From Rhynchobatus australiae (lineage: Eukaryota), in NCBI GenBank assembly GCA_034780895.1, contig JAUZTB010000076.1, forward strand, positions 38,944,292 through 39,008,291: DNA of 64,000 bases, read 5' to 3'. Below are positions 36,301 through 48,313 of this stretch, in pieces; within the stretch, counting starts at the first letter, position 1; each line of letters begins with the position of its first letter. The notes below the pieces were generated by a model. That model worked only from the letters and a program-made list of their open reading frames with translations. It was not told where the DNA came from and made no database searches. A program made the translations under genes and the position numbers.

Positions 36301-38459
36301 GATGTAAGTGCCACATAATACTATCGCCAAAACAGCTTCAACCATTGCACAATTAACCACGTCCCTACTATTTACATATGAAAAACTTCCTGAAATTCCT
36401 TCAATCATCGACCTAACCTAGCATTTGCAAACACAGTTTACAGTGTTGCAAGTCTCACACGCATATTACATAGCACCATTGGATATTCAATCAGTATTGC
36501 TGCATCACTAAAAAAAAGCATTGCATGACAATTACTGACGTACCTACTGTTTTGCAGGAAAAGGTGGTAGATACCTGGACACAGCAGCAGCCAGACAGAA
36601 GGAAGTGGGTGCAGATGCATGAGCTAATTGCCATAGAAAAGACAAAGATGGTCATATAGGAAATAATATTGATAAGCCCATAGCAAGCAGTAAAGCTGAA
36701 TAAATTGATGATGGTATTTCATAAATGATCCTCCTCATAATCTAGTTCATAACTATCCCAATCTCTCTTTCTTACATCCTGCAGTTAGTCTAAACATCAC
36801 CCCTTTCCTCCATCCCCTCATGACAACCTGTCCTTGTGCCTTTCTTCTTTCAAATAATTAAGTTCAACCTGACCACATAGTGGAGAAACAACAAAACAGC
36901 GATGATAATTAAGAGAGACACTGCTACTTGGTTTTATGAGCAAACCCATCGATTCAGAGAATGAATTAGAGGCTAAGACACAGAATGTGAACTGTGGTTG
37001 GGACAGGTGCTAGAGTGCCAAAGGCCACGGTTACACATATGTTCTTTGACAGTGAACTCAAATGAAGATTTCAAGGGCATGCTACAGAAGAAGCATGTGG
37101 GTTTACATAATGAAATGCTTGGTGTACCGGGAAGTCTGTCTGAACGCATGTGCTGTATCCAAAGGAGCACAGGAATCTAGCAACAACTGAACACAAAGAT
37201 TTTACATCACTGAAGCCATCCTTTCCAACATGTTACTGGTGGAAAATTTAGTCTCCACTGTTGTGCAACCAAATTAATACAAAAACAATGTTTGAACATC
37301 CATTGCAGTACAAGTAGATTCTGCCAGATCAGAATATGCAGTACAAGTGCAGGCTGAATTCATACAATGTTAAGCTTATTTTTAATGAGGTTTGCAGAGT
37401 ATCACCGAAGTGAGTTAGCCTCCAACAGATGACTAGGATTTCTGAAACAGGGAAGAGTAGTAACTTTACAGACTGCTGCTGACCTGGCTGAGATGCTGCA
37501 CTGAATTCAGTCCTCTAGGTCAGAACTGCCCCACATCATCCTGCAAGCTATCTGCAGTCTCCTTCATGAATATTTCCCATCTTCCATAACCATATTAGGG
37601 ATTTCATTCAGTTAAGATTCAGCAGATATCAGAGTGGGGCACATGAATAAATTTTTATGCAAAGGAACCATTAAGAGCTTTGGGGCAGTGAAAGAAGTTT
37701 TCACCCTGGAGCTGAAAATTCCACAGCACAGAATACCCTGCCAAGTTTGGGTTAACATTCTTTACCAGGATAGAAACAGAGGGAGCTTTACTCTGCATCT
37801 TGCATGATTCCGCACATTCAATTATGCAAAGGGTTCCATTCTCACAATTCACATCCCTCAGTTTGATGAGCACAAGAAATATTATGCAAACCAAAACTGT
37901 GAAAATCAGAAGTTTATCATATACATACTTGTTGAATTTAAATTTTGAATGACAAATGCAGTCATCACACACCCTCATAAAAATGTTATACAATTTTGAG
38001 TTTATAGTGTAAAATATTGAATCACAGATAAAAATATATTTTTGAACAGTCTGGACATATGATATTAATAATGGCATTGTTTGATGCTAGTTCACTCAAG
38101 TAGAAGCAAAATTTTACCTATGTTCCTTGATTCGATTGTATCCAGTGTTGAAACTTCCACACTGATGACTCTACACCAAATTTGTATCAAGTTCTTTATA
38201 TATTGATTCAACATATTGATAATATGATGCAGTAGAATGTCTGAAGAGTGCAAACATTTTAACTAGTTCATCCAATGCCCTAACAGTCTAAATTGTCCCA
38301 AAGATATTTAACTCAAGAGATTCAAAATTTGATATCTGCTGTATGAACACAATTGATTTATCTGGTGCTCATATTAATCAGCAATTCTTTGATTATCAAA
38401 CAAACTAGATGCAAACTTGCATCAATATATTGTTTTTTGCATTTTAGGACGTCCTTAAG

Positions 38460-38665
38460 CTTTTCACTGAAAAGTAAATATTGTTCAATTTTGTTGCAAT
38501 GTAGAAAAGCAGAAACCAACTTTGCATACAAGGTTCCATGAGCAACACTGAAGTTATAACTGGATAATCTGCTTTATTTAAATTAGGTGGTTGAGGGATA
38601 AATATTAATGAAGGAATTAGGCAGCCTCCTCTGCTCCTCTTCCAATTCAGCCATACAACCTCAGT
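38460..38665 (-). mobile_element. Deu-domain SINE remnant
   Basis: ggataatctgc...tggttgagggataaatatt...cctctgctcctcttc resembles the reverse-complemented Deu domain. Confidence 0.6.
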
Positions 38666-39866
38666 GAAATGGAGGAAAGTCCTGCCACGTCAAAGCTGTT
38701 GTTTGGTTCCACTAAACACAGAAATCCAGGCCTATGAACATTCTACATGGAAGCTGCAGTCACATGGCTAGAACAATCTACATACTGTATATTGTGTCAT
38801 AACAATGTAACAAGGTAACCTCCCAGTTATGTTCATGACACAATGCATGTCTGGCGCCATTTGATCTTAAAGTTGACCTGCTCATCTATGCACAATGCCA
38901 TTCCTGAATTTCAGCGGGAACAAACAGCTTAAACCAGCTGTCCCTGCACACTGTCACTTCATTTCTGAAAAATGTCTATTAGCAAAGGAAAATCCATGTC
39001 ACAAGATGCCATGGCACACATCACAAAGTGAAAATGGATGACAGTTACTTGGACTATTAAGCAGCTTTCCTGCATTATTTCTCCTGAAGAAGCTTGAACT
39101 GAGAATAGGAAACTTTCTGAAGTGGTATTTCTGCGGCATTACTGTTCCAAAGCATTACCCTGGGCTGTTAGCACTTTTCTCGTAGCCTTGATGTACCTCA
39201 CCCAACAGTAAGCTCCCTCTGTTGAAGTTTTACCCTCTACAAATCAGATCTCTATATTGGTAATTCTCTGGCCAATGATATTGAGACAAACCCAAGACAT
39301 TAAAGTGAACTGACACTATGTAGTTTGGTCACTAGATCTGACTAACAGTTCTGCAAAGCCCGTTAGCAAAAGTACACCTCCATCATGGGGTACAAACTCT
39401 GATTACAATAAGATCTTTTCACTGAAGTTCCCACTGTTGCAGCACATGGACACAAGGCTAGGTTAGAAAAAGTTTTCTGCTATGATTAGTGAGGCTCCTG
39501 TGTATACTCACCACTGTTCTCATACGTCTTCATAATCAGAATTACTGTGGTGATGATCGTTACATGCACAAACATGGCGACCAGAATTGGGAGCCCTGTC
39601 AAACACATGAATATTTAAAGTCAGTGAATAATAATGACGTTCAACTTTTATACTAACGTCAATTCATTGTATGCAAACAGGCTAACAAACTTCAGTAAAC
39701 CACCTACGAGTCATTCAACAAACCACTGGTCTGCTGTGTTAAAAATGACCTTCACGTGCACTCAGANNNNNNNNNNNNNNNNNNNNNNNNNNNNNNNNNN
39801 NNNNNNNNNNNNNNNNNNNNNNNNNNNNNNNNNNNNNNNNNNNNNNNNNNNNNNNNNNNNNNNNNN

Positions 39867-40070
39867 CACTCTTCAAGGAATGTCACAGGATCTATCATGT
39901 CCACTTGAATGGGCAGATGGAGCACCAGTGTAAAGTCTCATTTAAATTACTGCACATCCCCCAGTACTGTATTCCCTTGACAATGGGATTTCAGTATGGT
40001 TAATGTATTACACCTCTGGAATGGGATGTGTGATCAGAGACAGCAAGATCACCTTCAAACCAAACAAGAA
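39867..40070 (-). mobile_element. Deu-domain SINE remnant (5' half)
   Basis: ctcttcaag..ggatctatcatgtccacttgaatgggcagatggagcacc..gtctcat..cagtactgtattccct..ctctggaatgggatg. Confidence 0.6.
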
Positions 40071-41164
40071 TAAGACAGTCGAAAATTCTCATTAATCTCT
40101 GTCTAATCTCACACATACAGAATGGTTATTTATGAAACAAATAGTTGGTTTGGTAGTCCAAAGAATCAAAGAGACTAATCAGAGAAGAGAGTAATCAGAG
40201 AAGAACATTTTCAAAGGATTAGCTTGGTTTGTCTTTTTCTTAAAAAAATAGTTGATAACATAGACCTAACATAAAACATCTAAGAAACGTCAAAAGTTAC
40301 AATTTTCCATTTCAAATGAACTATCTGAAAAGCATAAAATCAGGATTCTAATTCACTGTAACACTGGACAGCAACCATTAAATAAGTGCAATCAGTGTAT
40401 ATGAAAATTAAATTGGAATAAAGTCCAGACATCATTTGCTTTGTTAGCATGCAAGAATCTAATCATGAAAGTTTTAGATAGTGTTACTGTTAAATCAGGT
40501 AATCTGGACTAACAAGGAGCAGAAATCACAACATGCCTCAATGTGCTCATTCTAAATTATTTGGATAAAAAGAATAGCATTCATTGAACTCCAGGCCTAC
40601 AGGGATTCAAGATTTCTTTATGTACAAAGAAAAAGTTTAACACGTGAATTTATTTTACATGCATTGACATTGATGACAAAATAATAGTAATGTTTTGCAT
40701 CTCTAGGTCAAATTAAATTGCAACAAATGTTCAAAATGTGGCAGTGATACACATTCATAAAAATTAAAATGATTGCCTGCGACTGTGCTCCTTTTTAAAC
40801 TATTGTTTCCGTTTCCATTTAAAGGCTGTGAATTGATGACAATGATACAAATGTCTAATTTTCACCCCTGAATAAAATCAGCATCAGTTAATAGCTTTCC
40901 AAGTAGGCATATCTTGAAACATGTAATGTATGTTATTAATAATATTGACCATTAAAATGTTCAGTTCCAGGCTCAGAACCACCTCAGCATCCAAGTTATC
41001 CTGCAGTTTTTCTACTCCTTTGGCCCTAATGTCCTGCAGGTATAAAGCCACATTATCCAACTCCGAAGTTCCTTGAGCCAGCTCCAAGGATTTAGACAAG
41101 CAGCCTAATGACATCAAGAACTCATGAAATCATTCAAAAAAGAAACATGAAACATTGTAGGGGA

Positions 41165-41400
41165 GTTCAAACTGGAGGTCACAATGTTAGATGGTCACCA
41201 ATAAGTTGAATGGAAAACTCAGGAGAAACTTCTTTACTCAGGGCGAGAGAATAGGAACTTGCTAGAACAAGGAGTGAAGTAGATCCAACAGTTGTATTTA
41301 TGGGAAAGATAGAATAAGAACAAGGGAGAAAAGAAGGAAAGGCTGCTGAAAGGTTCATATGGAGGAGAGATAACAAGAAACTCACAAAAATCTTAAAAAC
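41165..41400 (+). mobile_element. Degraded CR1 3' fragment
   Basis: aactggaggtcacaat...caggagaaacttctttactcagggcgagag..ggaacttgctagaacaagg. Confidence 0.6.
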
Positions 41401-41639
41401 AAGCAAACATCATTTGTCTTAAGACCTTGTTTCCTTATTATGGACTCTATGGGGATCCCATAGACAAGACCCAAAACATGGCACAGAGATTGCAAAGCAC
41501 ATTTAACCTACACCCTGCAGATTCCCCTACAGGCAGCACAGCAACTTCTTACTACCTACTCATTGACACAATTACTACCACTAATCTCACTGTTCCCTGG
41601 ATCTTTGCCACAGTAGGGGTTCTATTTTTGTTCATGGCC

Positions 41640-42495
41640 TAGCAACATTTAAAACTAGACTACCATGCTAAAATCCAGCCTGTTTAGTTTAAATAGGGAG
41701 GTACATGGTAGCTGCAGCTGGTGCCTTGAAAACCATTCTGAGCTGCGATGCATTCCACAAGAGCACAATGTGGGACAGCATAGGCTCCAGACTTTCTAAC
41801 ACCAGAGGGGTGGTGAGAAGGGGAAAGAAAATTCCTGCTTCTGTAGGAAGACTGGAGGTCCTCCATTTACACTCAGCAAAGACTGTGGAAGTAATAACCA
41901 TGTCAATCTCCACCAAGGGTCAAAAGTAGAAGACTTGGATGCAATGCAACAAGATCAACGACGTTATACGAGTAACTGTCAATGAATACCTTTTTTAAAT
42001 GTCATATCACAAGTGCAAACCTAACCTTCAATACTGCTCCACATACCACATACACATAATTCACCCACTAACAATCTCCAAGAATCTAAAATTAATCTGC
42101 TCCAACACTTAATGGAACCTCAAGTCCCATGTCCACCTCTGCAGCTTGTACCTACAGTCAGCTTTCAGCTATGACTGGCACATCACAAAGTAAATATTCA
42201 GGGCCAACTGCACTTTCTTGCAGGTCAGGTTGGTGTAAAACCTGGTGTCTAAGTTGCTTTTACAGGATGTTTTGTTGCTGAGGTAAGGTNNNNNNNNNNN
42301 NNNNNNNNNNNNNNNNNNNNNNNNNNNNNNNNNNNNNNNNNNNNNNNNNNNNNNNNNNNNNNNNNNNNNNNNNNNNNNNNNNNNNNNNNGACGGCAGCTC
42401 ACCACCACATTTTGAGAGGCAATTACAGAGATAGAATTAATGCTGGCTCAGCTTGTAAAGCCCACAGCCCTTGAATGAATAATAAAAAAAAAGTC
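41640..42495 (+). mobile_element. Degraded LINE of a distinct CR1-superfamily lineage, ending in ggcagctcaccaccac...cccac..gaatgaataaaaaaa tail
   Basis: The 3' end is clear at 42390-42492; the upstream portion is weakly recognisable and interrupted by a gap. Confidence 0.45.
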
Positions 42496-42519
42496 AAACT
42501 GCAGTTCCATTTTGATAAT

Positions 42520-43100
42520 TTGTCCATAGAATATGAGCATCATTACTGCTCATCCCCAATTGCTCGAGAGGTGGATGTGGTGGTCTGTCTTGTGGGCAAT
42601 TCCACATTACAAGTAGATGGTACATCCACAATGCTGTTAGGCAGGAAATTCCAAGATTTTGACCCAGCAACAGTGAAGAAATAGTAACAATTAAAGTTTA
42701 ACTTACAACTTTCAGAAGAACATCAATGTGGTGGCTCATTGCAAACTGCTCTCTACAGGTCTACTCATTACCAATACATTCCTACATTCCTGCTTTTTTT
42801 GATATTCCAGATAGTAAAGGTCGTGACTTTGGCAAATGGTGCTGAAGTCAATTGCTGCAGTTCCTTTTGTGAACAGTACATGCTGCAACCACAATTAGCC
42901 CTGCTGGAGATATGAATGCTTAACATGGTACATGGGCTGTCAAACTGGCTGCTCTCTAATGGATTTATTGAACTCCACAAGTGTTGCACACATCCAGGTA
43001 TGAGAATAATCTATTACAAATTTACAGTATGTCTTGTAGATGGTTAAAAGGCTTAGAAGAGACAGAGGAGAGTCACTTCCCACAGAATATGCAGGCTCTG
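42520..43100 (-). mobile_element. Same LINE lineage, opposite orientation (tail-to-tail with the previous feature)
   Basis: tgctcatccccaattgctcgagaggtgg...cacaatgctgttaggcaggaaattccaagattttgacccagcaacagtgaagaa. Confidence 0.6.
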
Positions 43101-43394
43101 GTCAGCTCTTGGAGAATGTCAAGGGACACATAACTGCTGTTACTATACACATCATACGTCTGTAATTGACCTCCAGTGACAAACAAATGGATGGCCACTG
43201 TGTAACAAACTAATCAACAATGTGGTTCTTCAGTATGCAGCCCACAGTCTTGTGCTTAAATGAGTACTATGCTTCCATACAAAGTGTTAGGGAGAAGACT
43301 ACTGGCAAACTTGCACAAGATTCTCAAGAATGGCAGGAACAAATGGCATATTTCACTTAAATCCTGACTAAAATGCAGATGCCTCACATGGTTT

Positions 43395-46185
43395 GTATTG
43401 CTGGGATTCAGGTCAATCCCAGAACAGCATGCTTAAATATGACCAGTTGAACAGTAATGTTGCCTCCCTGGTGCAAGGGTTAGAGATGTCTCAGAGCACT
43501 GTATGGCATTCTGAAGTGGGAAGGTGAACAGCCAGTGGTCAGAGTACATGTCAGAAACAATGACATGGGTTAACAAAAAAAAGGGTGATGTCCTGCACTA
43601 TGAATTTAGGGATTTAGCAGATTAAAGAACAGGGCTTCTAAGGATGTAATCATTGGATTATTTATGATACCACATGCTCCTGCATATGGGAACAAGAACA
43701 TAGGTCAGATGAATGTACATCTGAAAAGGAAATGTAGGAGTGAAGGCTTTACATTTTTGGATCACCAGGAATATTTCTAGGGTAGGTGCATCATGTACTA
43801 GTAGGACAGGTTGCACCAGAACAGGTTCAATATCCTTGCTAGGAGATTCTTTCATGCTGTGGGAAGGTTTTAGGTTCTTAATGAGGTTCCCACCTGCTTT
43901 AAGACTATCATCCCAGTACCTAAGAAAAATAAGTTATCTTGCCTTAGTGACTACCACCCAGTGGCTCTAACATCCACTATCATGAAGTGCTTTGAGAGGC
44001 TTGTCATGGCACACGTTAACTCCTCCCAGACAACCTTGACCCACTGCAATATTCCTGCTGCCAAAACAGGTTCACAGCAGACACCATCTCTGGAGTAGCT
44101 GGACAGTAAAGACATCTACGTTAGACTATTGTTTATTGACTACAGCTCTGCCTTCAATACTATAATTCCAGCAAACTCATCTCCAAACTCCTAAACCTGG
44201 GACTCAACACCTCACTTTGCAACTGGATCCTTGACTTCCTGACCAACAGGCCACAATCAGTAAGGATAGGCAGCAACACCTCCACCATGATTATCCTCTC
44301 CATCTAGAAGTGTGCAGATGACACCACTGTAGTGGGCCAAATCTTAAATAACAATGAGTTGGAGTACAGGAAGGAGTTGGAGAGCCTAGTGATATGGTGT
44401 CATGACAACAACCTTTCCCTCAATGTCAGTAAAACAAAAAAGCTGGTCATCGACTTCAGGAAGTGGGGCAGTGTCCATGCTCCTGTTTACATCAACGGTA
44501 CTGAAGTCAAGAGGGTTGAAAGCTTCAAGTTCCTAGGAGTGAACATCAACAATGGCCGATGCCGGTCCAACCACATAGACACCACAGCCAAGAAAGCACA
44601 TTAGTGCCTCTATTTCCTCAGGAGGCTGAAGAAATTTGGCATGTCCCCTCACCAATTTTAATCGATGCACCATAGTAAGTATCCTATCCAGATGCATCAT
44701 GGCTTGGTATGGCAACTGCTCTGCTCGAGACTGCAAAAAACTGCAGTGTGTTGTGGACACAGCTCAGCAAACCACAGAAACCAGCCTCCCCTCCATGGGC
44801 TTTGTCTATTTCTCACTGCCTCATGGGGTGGGATGTCAGAGGTGGGATACAGTAGATGTGCAGTTCAGGAGCAAGGTTCAGTCAAATATAGAAAAGAAAT
44901 TAGGGTCAGTCCAGTACACAGAGCAAATATGGGCATAATAAAGCACATGGGAGGATTGAAAGGCTAATTTGCACCTAGTTTAATGCAAAGGGCTTGACTG
45001 GTAAGGCAGAAGAACTTAGAGCATTGATCAGCATGGAGGAATGACATATTGTTGCAAAGGGCAGGACTTTCAACAGAACATTCCGAGTGCCAGGGTATAG
45101 AAGTTTCAGGCATGATAAGGAGGGATGTTAAATGGGGGCAATGCATTATTGATCACGGAGACCATCAATGCAGTAATGAGGGAAGTGGGAGTCTTTTAAA
45201 AGTGAAAAGAAAGAGTTTAGGCCATTGTGCTTTGACATGAATGAATGGTAAGAACAGCAAGTTCAGGCAACGCTGAATGTCAAGGAATAGAAGAGAGCTT
45301 GATAAAAAAAAAGAGGACCACTGGCAGATAAGATTAAGAAAAATCCCAAGGCATTTTATAAGTATACTATGAGGAAGAGAATAACCTGAGAAAGGAGGAG
45401 ACCTATTAGTGACCATTAGGGTAATCTGAGCATAGAGCCAGAGGATGTTTCAGAGCAAGGCCAATGACAGATGGAATTTAATCCTAGCAAGTGCAAGATA
45501 ATGCATTTTGGGGTGGCTAATAAGAGTAGGACATATATCATGAATGGCAAGGCCCCAGGGAGTATTGAGGAACAATCCAAAGATCCCTGAAGGTTGCAGC
45601 ACAGAATGCATATGGTATGCTAGCTTTCATTAGCCAGGGCATATAACATAACTGTAGGGAAGTCTTAGTACAACTTTATGACACATTGGCCAGGTTACAC
45701 CAGGAACATTGGGTGCAGTTCCAGTTGCCACATTGTAGGAAGGACATAATTGCATTGGAGAGTGTAGAGGAGGTGCACCATGATGTTGTCTGGGATTGAA
45801 TATCTCAGTTATAAGAGACTGGATTTGTTTTATTTGGAGCAGATGGAGGCATACAAAATTGTGACAGGCATTGGTAGGGTAGATAGTAAGAAACTTCTTT
45901 CTACAATATTCTCTCCATAAATTTAAGGTGAGGAGTAAATAGCTTAGAGGGAATCTGAGGAAGAATTTATTCATGAAGATGGCTGCAATCCAGAGTGCAC
46001 TGCCTGAGATGATGGTGGAGGCAAGGTACTCTCACAACATTTAAACAGCATCTGGACTAGCACTTGCATCCCAAGGCATGGTAAACTACAGACCAAGTGC
46101 TGGTAAATTGGATTGAAAAGGATAGGTACTCGATGGTTGGCATAGACATCCTGGTCCAAAGGGCCATTTTCTGGCCTGTATGCTT
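43395..46185 (+). mobile_element. Old, internally deleted CR1 LINE (esterase ORF1 remnant to 3' tail) interrupted by a Rex1 insertion
   Basis: tgcctccctggtgcaagggttagagatgtctcagag (CLPGARVRDVSE), gaaggtgaacagccagtggtc..aacaatgacatg (EGEQPVV..NDMG); later tggaatttaatcctagcaagtgcaag (EFNPSKCK) and CR1 tail at ~46130-46185. Confidence 0.75.
43882..44820 (+). mobile_element. Rex1/Babar-clade LINE fragment nested in CR1
   Basis: [75 protein letters not shown]. Confidence 0.9.
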
Positions 46186-46261
46186 TTAACTGCTGAGAGT
46201 CTTCTTCTCTTACATCCCAGCTCCTTTCTTATCCTCTTCTTCTTGTTTTCTCTTATTCTCG

Positions 46262-46558
46262 CAGGCCATACTGCACGTACAGCTCCAGTCATACACCTGC
46301 TGCCCAACTTCCAGTGCTGTCTGTGTGGAGTCTGCACATTCTCCCTACAACTGTGCGGTTTCCTTTGGGTGCACCACTTTCCTCCCACATCCCCCAAAAA
46401 AACATGCAGGTTAGTAGGTTAATTGGCTACCCCCACCTTAAATTGCCAATAGCATGTAGATGAATAGTAGGATTTTGGGGAGTTGATGAGAATATTTGTG
46501 TTTGATAGTCTGTGTGGACTCAGTATGCCAAAGGGCTTATCTCTGTGTTGTATGACTA
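46262..46558 (+). mobile_element. Degraded V-SINE/HE1-type SINE
   Basis: tgctgtctgtgtggagtctgcacattctccc..ggtttcctttgggtgcaccactttcctcccacatccc, followed by a CR1-like tail. Confidence 0.75.
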
Positions 46559-48236
46559 TTACTAATGCACCCATCATGGGAACTAATACACCCATGTCTG
46601 GTTTCTATAAAAGTTTTTATGCCAGTGAAATGGTCTTCAGCACCTGGCATACAGCTCCATTTANNNNNNNNNNNNNNNNNNNNNNNNNNNNNNNNNNNNN
46701 NNNNNNNNNNNNNNNNNNNNNNNNNNNNNNNNNNNNNNNNNNNNNNNNNNNNNNNNNNNNNNNACAGCTCCATTTAATTTTAGTAACTTTGTAGAACTCT
46801 AGAAAGCACTACACTCTTGTTAACTGCTTTAACGGAAACACTAAGAGAAAACATTATCTGGAGCATGGAATTACAATCTGGCAATGCCAATATCAGTTCA
46901 ACATAATATACTGAGTAATGCCAGATCTGCTCACTCCTAGCAGCATTGATAATACTGTCATCATGGCAACTAGAGAAACTCATGTCACAAATCATGCCTC
47001 TGCTGCCATATTAGTACTGATTCAATACCCACAGCAGCCATAATACCTGTGTCAAACTTTGCAACTTATGTGAATATGCAAAGCACATGTTTTTTTATCC
47101 CATGAGGATTCTTTCATAAACTATGAACTGCTTTCCACTTCCTCAACCACACTCCTTTTGCAAATCAAATAAGGGAAAAATCTACATAAATTTCACAATA
47201 AACTATGATTATATTTAGATTACACCTTAACACATCAAAAGATTTCAGAGCTTGCTTTATCTGTTGTATTGCTGTTTCAGCAATATTCATTGAGTTCTAA
47301 AATACATCAATAAACTAGAACTTTGAGGGGAAGAAATTACTCATTTAGGTTTATGTATATTAAATGACCTCTTTATACNNNNNNNNNNNNNNNNNNNNNN
47401 NNNNNNNNNNNNNNNNNNNNNNNNNNNNNNNNNNNNNNNNNNNNNNNNNNNNNNNNNNNNNNNNNNNNNNNNNNNNNNNNNNNNNNNNNNNNNNNNNNNN
47501 NNNNNNNNNNNNNNNNNNNNNNNNNNNNNNNNNNNNNNNNNNNNNNNNNNNNNNNNNNNNNNNNNNNNNNNNNNNNNNNNNNNNNNNNNNNNNNNNNNNN
47601 NNNNNNNNNNNNNNNNNNNNNNNNNNNNNNNNNNNNNNNNNNNNNNNNNNNNNNNNNNNNNNNNNNNNNNNNNNNNNNNNNNNNNNNNNNNNNNNNNNNN
47701 NNNNNNNNNNNNNNNNNNNNNNNNNNNNNNNNNNNNNNNNNNNNNNNNNNNNNNNNNNGTCCCCCCCCCCCCCGCAAAAAAAACTTCCCTGCACCTCTTC
47801 ATTGTGTGTTGTGGCAAGGCAAATAGAGTTATTAATTATTTTAATTAGAACCTATCTACATATCAGCAGCATGTGTTGGAAGATCTAATTAATACAAATG
47901 AAACTCCAGGCCCAATTTCAGGCTAGCATTTGACCTCCTGATTGGAGCAGACACACTATGGATAAAAATAGTCCACAGCTAGTTCAACCCTGATCGTAGA
48001 GTTTTCACTTTACAAGACCACAGGTTGAAAGTTGGATGTACTAATTTTTGTTTTTTCAGAAGACTAAAGTGAAATACCTGCCTTTTTCAAAAATTATAGT
48101 CTGTCAAGTTAAAGAGGCATATCTATTTCAAATTCATGATATTGATACAGATTCATACATCAAAGTTTTTGTAACAAATCAATTTATAAGACCATTGATG
48201 TGCATAATTACTATACAATTTTCTAATTCTGTGTAG

Positions 48237-48313
48237 ATTTGATGAAAAGGGCAATTATTGTTCAGAAGAGATTTGAAACAGATGAAAATGAAACAATTAA
48301 AAACAAGCTGAAT
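48237..48313 (+). CDS. Candidate coding exon 6 ((D)LMKRAIIVQKRFETDENETIKNKLN)
   Basis: Branch-like ctaat plus acceptor tgtgtag, consensus donor AAT|GTAAGT. 77 nt, phase 1 to 0, joins exon 5 as g|at=Asp. Confidence 0.75.

Noticed and set aside
48060-48236. Strong acceptor (ctaatttttgttttttcag) and 62-aa ORF upstream of exon 6
   Set aside because: It gives an immediate stop in the required phase-1 frame and has no fitting donor; the 48237 acceptor fits better.
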